Part shown: positions 60,528 through 64,000 of the stretch, piece after piece
How the letters are laid out: every line of letters starts with the position of its first letter
How positions within the stretch are numbered: position 1 is the stretch's first letter
NCBI GenBank assembly: GCA_032249395.1
Contig: JAVVFY010000002.1
Span: 45,421 to 109,420, forward strand
DNA length: 64,000 nucleotides
Direction of reading: 5' to 3'
Source: Candidatus Aenigmatarchaeota archaeon
GTDB taxonomy: Archaea; Aenigmatarchaeota; Aenigmatarchaeia; CG10238-14; SpSt-28
Position numbers and translations under genes: made by a program
The notes under the pieces: generated by a model
The model's database searches: none
Seen by the model: the letters and a program-made list of their open reading frames with translations, nothing else
Told to the model about the DNA's origin: nothing

Positions 60528-61502
60528 ATGGACAAGTATAGAGAGGAAAGAGAAACAATTTTCTGGAAGAAAGATAAGAAAGGGATTAAGTGTAATATTT
60601 GTTTGTTTGAATGTAATATTCCTGAAGGAAAGAGTGGTGTTTGCGAAGCAAGACAAAACAAGAAAGGGGAATTGATAATTAAAGAGTACGGGAACATCGA
60701 TGGCTTGGAGGTTAATAGAATCGAGGAAAGAAACTTGTATAATTTTTTACCCCAGACAGAAGCGTTGGCCGTAAAGATGAAATCTTCCAAAAGTTTCGGT
60801 GTTTTGCCAGACGTTAAAAAGGTTAGTAAGAAATTTAAACCAATAGAGCTAGTTTCTTATGCAAAAGAGAAGAAAACAAAATCCATGATTTTCACAGGAA
60901 CAGAGTTTGTTGGTCATTATGAATATGTTATTAAAGTTTTTAGAGAGGCGAGAAAAAACAACATTAGGAACATTTTAACAACAACAGGTTTAATAAACGA
61001 AGACCCTATAAAAAAGATTTCAAAATATACGGATGCCCTAGTAGTTTACTTCTTTGCTTCCGGCAATGACAACTACTATAAAAAGAATTCGTTAGTGGGA
61101 GATGTTGAAAGAGTTTATGAAGTTGTTAAAATGTTTGCAAAATATAGAGTTTTTATAGAAATAGCGAACGTTCTAGTTAAAGGTTATGAGAGCGTTGAAG
61201 AATGTAAGAATTTAACTAACTGGGTAGTATCGAACTTAGGAGCAGAAGTTCCTTTTCACATTTTGAAAGGAGATACAAAACTAAGTTTGATGCAATTAAA
61301 AGAATATTATACTGCTTGTAAAGATGCTGGTAGCAGATACGTTTATGTTGATAAGTCTAATGATCCTTTGATGGAGAGCACCTATTGTTATAATTGTGGA
61401 GCTCTTCTCGTTGAACGAGTAGGTTGTAAAACAAAGTCGATTAGACTAGTGGAAAACAGATGTCCTGAATGTAGTATGAGGCATAACTTTATTTTAGAGT
61501 GA
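60528..61502 (+). CDS. AmmeMemoRadiSam/PFL-activase-like radical SAM homologue lacking CxxxCxxC
   Basis: CNICLFEC...GVC.AR.N N-terminus, IEERNLYNFLP, EVPFHI, TYCYNCG...RCPEC; no SAM-cluster cysteines. Confidence 0.75.
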   Translation: MDKYREERETIFWKKDKKGIKCNICLFECNIPEGKSGVCEARQNKKGELIIKEYGNIDGLEVNRIEERNLYNFLPQTEALAVKMKSSKSFGVLPDVKKVSKKFKPIELVSYAKEKKTKSMIFTGTEFVGHYEYVIKVFREARKNNIRNILTTTGLINEDPIKKISKYTDALVVYFFASGNDNYYKKNSLVGDVERVYEVVKMFAKYRVFIEIANVLVKGYESVEECKNLTNWVVSNLGAEVPFHILKGDTKLSLMQLKEYYTACKDAGSRYVYVDKSNDPLMESTYCYNCGALLVERVGCKTKSIRLVENRCPECSMRHNFILE

Positions 61503-61508
61503 GAGTTT

Positions 61509-61931
61509 ATGGACGAAGTAAAAGAGAAAGTTAAAAAGGGTTGGATTTATTCTAGGATGTGGTTTGATGTTTTAGCGGCAACTAGGGAGGCAGCAGATGA
61601 AAGTCTAAAGAACCATATAAATAAAATAAAAAAACTTGACAACTGCATAATTATTAAAGAAGATTTTAAAGAAACGATAGAAGTAGAAAAACCTATACCA
61701 AGAATAGATAAAGCATATTCTAAGGCCGCAGAGATTGAAATTCTAACTAAAGATGTAGAGACTTTGCTTAGCGTTACAATATTTTTTGCTCCTTCTGCCG
61801 TTGAAGTTTTAGAGCCAGAAAGTTTAAAGATTAATGCAACAACAATACAAACAATAATGAATACAGTTGCTGATTTGTTACATAGATTCGCTTCTCAAGG
61901 TATTGGTGGGGTAGTTATAGCGAAGACTTAA
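61509..61931 (+). CDS. Conserved hypothetical protein
   Basis: Open 140-aa frame following the previous gene; PSAVEVLEP motif. Confidence 0.65.
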   Translation: MDEVKEKVKKGWIYSRMWFDVLAATREAADESLKNHINKIKKLDNCIIIKEDFKETIEVEKPIPRIDKAYSKAAEIEILTKDVETLLSVTIFFAPSAVEVLEPESLKINATTIQTIMNTVADLLHRFASQGIGGVVIAKT

Positions 61932-62159
61932 AAATTTTCTATTAATGACTTGAAAACAATTTTTTGTTTTAAAATAAAGTACATGAAAGAGGATAATAAG
62001 ATAGAGATTCTATAAAATTAGATGTGTCAAAAAAAAAGGATGTGGGGCTATTTACTCTTGTTTTGAATCTAAAGGTAAAAACAATAATACAAAATGGATG
62101 TATTTATAAACTTTTTTCACTTCTTATTTATTTTTAATAGCAAAATACAAAATAATTAT

Positions 62160-63032
62160 ATGGATAGACTTATGAATAGACTGAAGATTTTATCAGTATT
62201 GCTTACTTTTTCACTTTTCCTAAATTTTGGTTTTTCAAGGGTTGATTATGTTGGGATAGATACTCAAATTCTTGATGACAATACTGCAAATATAAAATTT
62301 ACAATTCACAAAACAACAGAATTTAGTTTCAGATTTTATGGTAATATAAAAAATATTTCGAGCAACGTAAATTGTTTTGTTGAAGGAGAGTTAATTTCCT
62401 GTAAGTCCGAAAATGCAACAGCAATAAATATACAAATTATTTCTGATGTTGTTGTAAAAAGTGGTAATAACTATAATTTCAACGTACAAATCGGACTTAA
62501 GGATGATGTTGCTAGAGTAACAAGTTTAGTTACTTTACCAATTGGAATGATAATTAAAGATGAAAGCGAGATCTTTCCATCAGGTTACAGAATTTTAAGC
62601 AACGGAAGAAACATCCTAGTTTATTGGGAATTAGAGAATGTTTCTAAGACACAGCCTTTAGGTTTCAGAGTTAAATATCAACCGATCCAACCCACTTCAG
62701 GAACGTTCAACAAGTTTTACTTGTTGATTTTATTATTGTCAATTTTTTTGTTTTTTGTCTCGTTGTATACTTTAAAGAAAAGAAAGGTTATTGTTAAGAA
62801 AATAGTTAGAGTTAAGCCAGAAAAGATAGTGATGGAAGTTTTGGATGAATATGAGAAAAAAGTTTATGAAACTGTTAAAGAAGCAGGTAAAATAAAGCAA
62901 AATGAAATTGTTGCTAAGACAGGGTTTTCTAAAGCTAGGGTTTCCAGAGTTTTGAAGAACCTAGCTAATAAAAAACTTGTTAAAGTAGAGAAAAGAGGAA
63001 GGACGAATATAGTTGAAGCTTTGAAGAAATAG
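62160..63032 (+). CDS. Membrane-anchored transcriptional regulator (signal, ectodomain, TM, cytoplasmic HTH)
   Basis: C-terminal L...E..V...IKQNEIVAKTGFSKARVSRVL..L.....V..EKRGRTNIV winged HTH after a TM helix. Confidence 0.82.
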   Translation: MDRLMNRLKILSVLLTFSLFLNFGFSRVDYVGIDTQILDDNTANIKFTIHKTTEFSFRFYGNIKNISSNVNCFVEGELISCKSENATAINIQIISDVVVKSGNNYNFNVQIGLKDDVARVTSLVTLPIGMIIKDESEIFPSGYRILSNGRNILVYWELENVSKTQPLGFRVKYQPIQPTSGTFNKFYLLILLLSIFLFFVSLYTLKKRKVIVKKIVRVKPEKIVMEVLDEYEKKVYETVKEAGKIKQNEIVAKTGFSKARVSRVLKNLANKKLVKVEKRGRTNIVEALKK

Positions 63033-63072
63033 GCATTTGCAGTTACGTTTTTAACTATCTTATTTGTAACCT

Positions 63073-63132
63073 AATTATCGCTAATATGTTAGCCAGAATT
63101 CGGAATTATCGCTTATATATTAGCGATAAATT
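63073..63132. repeat. Tandem pair of quasi-palindromes (period 31)
   Basis: AATTATCGCTAATATGTTAGCCAGAATT and AATTATCGCTTATATATTAGCGATAAATT. Confidence 0.7.
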
Positions 63133-63308
63133 TCTTCTGACTTCAAACGTATAGTTTCTATTGATATGGTACTTTAAGATCCAAACGCCTCTTCTAACTT
63201 TTTATAATCTCTCCAGAATTTCCTATTTGCAAAGCTTTTCTTTCGTGCGTGTGAAATATTAGGTGACAATGTTCTTTAGATTTAGAGATAATTACAATTT
63301 GATAAGCC

Positions 63309-63371
63309 TCGTGTATTAGTGTAATGATACACAAAACGCTTTTCGTGTATTAGTGCATTGGTACACAAAAC
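63309..63371. repeat. Tandem 29-bp direct repeats (period 34) with internal dyad
   Basis: TCGTGTATTAGTGTAATGATACACAAAAC and TCGTGTATTAGTGCATTGGTACACAAAAC (26/29 identical). Confidence 0.8.
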
Positions 63372-63597
63372 AACCTTTGTACTCTACTACACTATATTCA
63401 ACTCCCATAGAAATGCGGTTTGGAGATAAAAGGATTTTGAGCTAAAAATTTATGAATAATATACTTTACCAGCCTATAGATTTATTTTTAGTTCTTTAAT
63501 TGTTTATTTCTTTAAATTTTAACTTTTGAAACAATTAAAAGCAAAAATTTTAATTTTTATTTAATTTTTGATAATTTTTTATTAGTTATTTTTCTTG

Positions 63598-63748
63598 CTT
63601 GAAACTGTTTCAAGACAGTTTTAAATAGGGTATTTCTAATTTATTATCAGCGAAGAAGACCCCATACTCGACAGTATAGAGCTTAAAAGCGATGAAAAGC
63701 TGGGGTATGGGGTCTCTTTAAATTCAATGGTAAAAGGAGGTAAATTCG
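63598..63748 (+). promoter_or_regulatory. S-layer gene promoter and structured 5' leader
   Basis: Palindrome CTTGAAAC-T-GTTTCAAG; TATA-like TTTTAAATA near 63619; stem AGACCCCATAC/GTATGGGGTCT; RBS AGGAGGT. Confidence 0.6.
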
Positions 63749-64000
63749 ATGCAAATTAAAAGATTTGTTGCATCCAGCTTGGCTGCTTTGATGGCTGGTG
63801 CAACATTTGCTGGTGCTGCTTTAGCAGCTACTAGTGTAGGAGGAGTATTGAAGACATTAGGAACACAAGCAGCAGCTGGAACACCATATTTGGTAGTAGT
63901 TGGTGATACAGATGCAGCTAGCGATGTAGTTGGAGCAATTGATGTTGCTTCAGCTCTAGCTCAACAGGTTACAAAAGAAGTAGCAGTACCTGGAGTAACA
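63749..64000 (+). CDS. S-layer protein, 5' part (runs off the right edge)
   Basis: MQIKRFVASSLAALMAGATFAGAALA signal, then VVVGDTDAASDVVGAIDVA, typical of MJ0822-type S-layer N-termini. Confidence 0.82.
   Translation, partial: MQIKRFVASSLAALMAGATFAGAALAATSVGGVLKTLGTQAAAGTPYLVVVGDTDAASDVVGAIDVASALAQQVTKEVAVPGVT

Noticed and set aside
63073..63132. Xer dif site
   Set aside because: The dyad arms are separated by about 4 bp rather than the 6 bp of the 11-6-11 dif pattern, and the motif is tandemly duplicated.
63309..63371. CRISPR mini-array
   Set aside because: Only two units separated by 5 bp, with no spacer-length sequence and no cas genes.
63650..63720. SECIS element or hammerhead ribozyme
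   Set aside because: No convincing SECIS core or linked selenoprotein, and the CUGAUGA/GAAA hammerhead core is incomplete.

Overview
AT-rich (roughly 30% GC, judged by eye), gene-dense archaeal chromosome segment. The gene content suggests a DPANN lineage such as Aenigmarchaeota (inference). Most of it is housekeeping: translation and tRNA modification (GlyRS, EF-1beta, r-proteins, EndA, MtaB, Trm5, Dph5, Kae1/Bud32), DNA metabolism (RadA, RPA, histone, Alba, Hel308, RecJ/GAN, Hjc, PolB), aCPSF1, proteasome beta, SecDF and the start of an S-layer gene. There are six tRNA loci, three with 37/38 introns, and two LAGLIDADG inteins, both inserted right after a Walker A GSGK. Standout observations: (1) an apparently active PolB with a C-terminal PolD-DP2-type Cys4 zinc finger lies directly downstream of a truncated, catalytically dead DP1 homologue and two wHTH genes, resembling the eukaryotic catalytic-subunit plus inactive B-subunit design; (2) a ~17 kb type IV pilus-like locus has about ten pilin-like proteins, one with a Cys-clamped glycine-zipper hairpin, and is bracketed by five paralogues of one membrane module; (3) two alternative cassettes sit in tandem, each starting with an identical ~206 bp tRNA-Pro repeat and ending in the same surface-protein family, with nonsense-interrupted genes nearby; (4) structured leaders and tandem palindromes occur upstream of the TRAM and S-layer genes; (5) a radical-SAM homologue has lost its CxxxCxxC motif.
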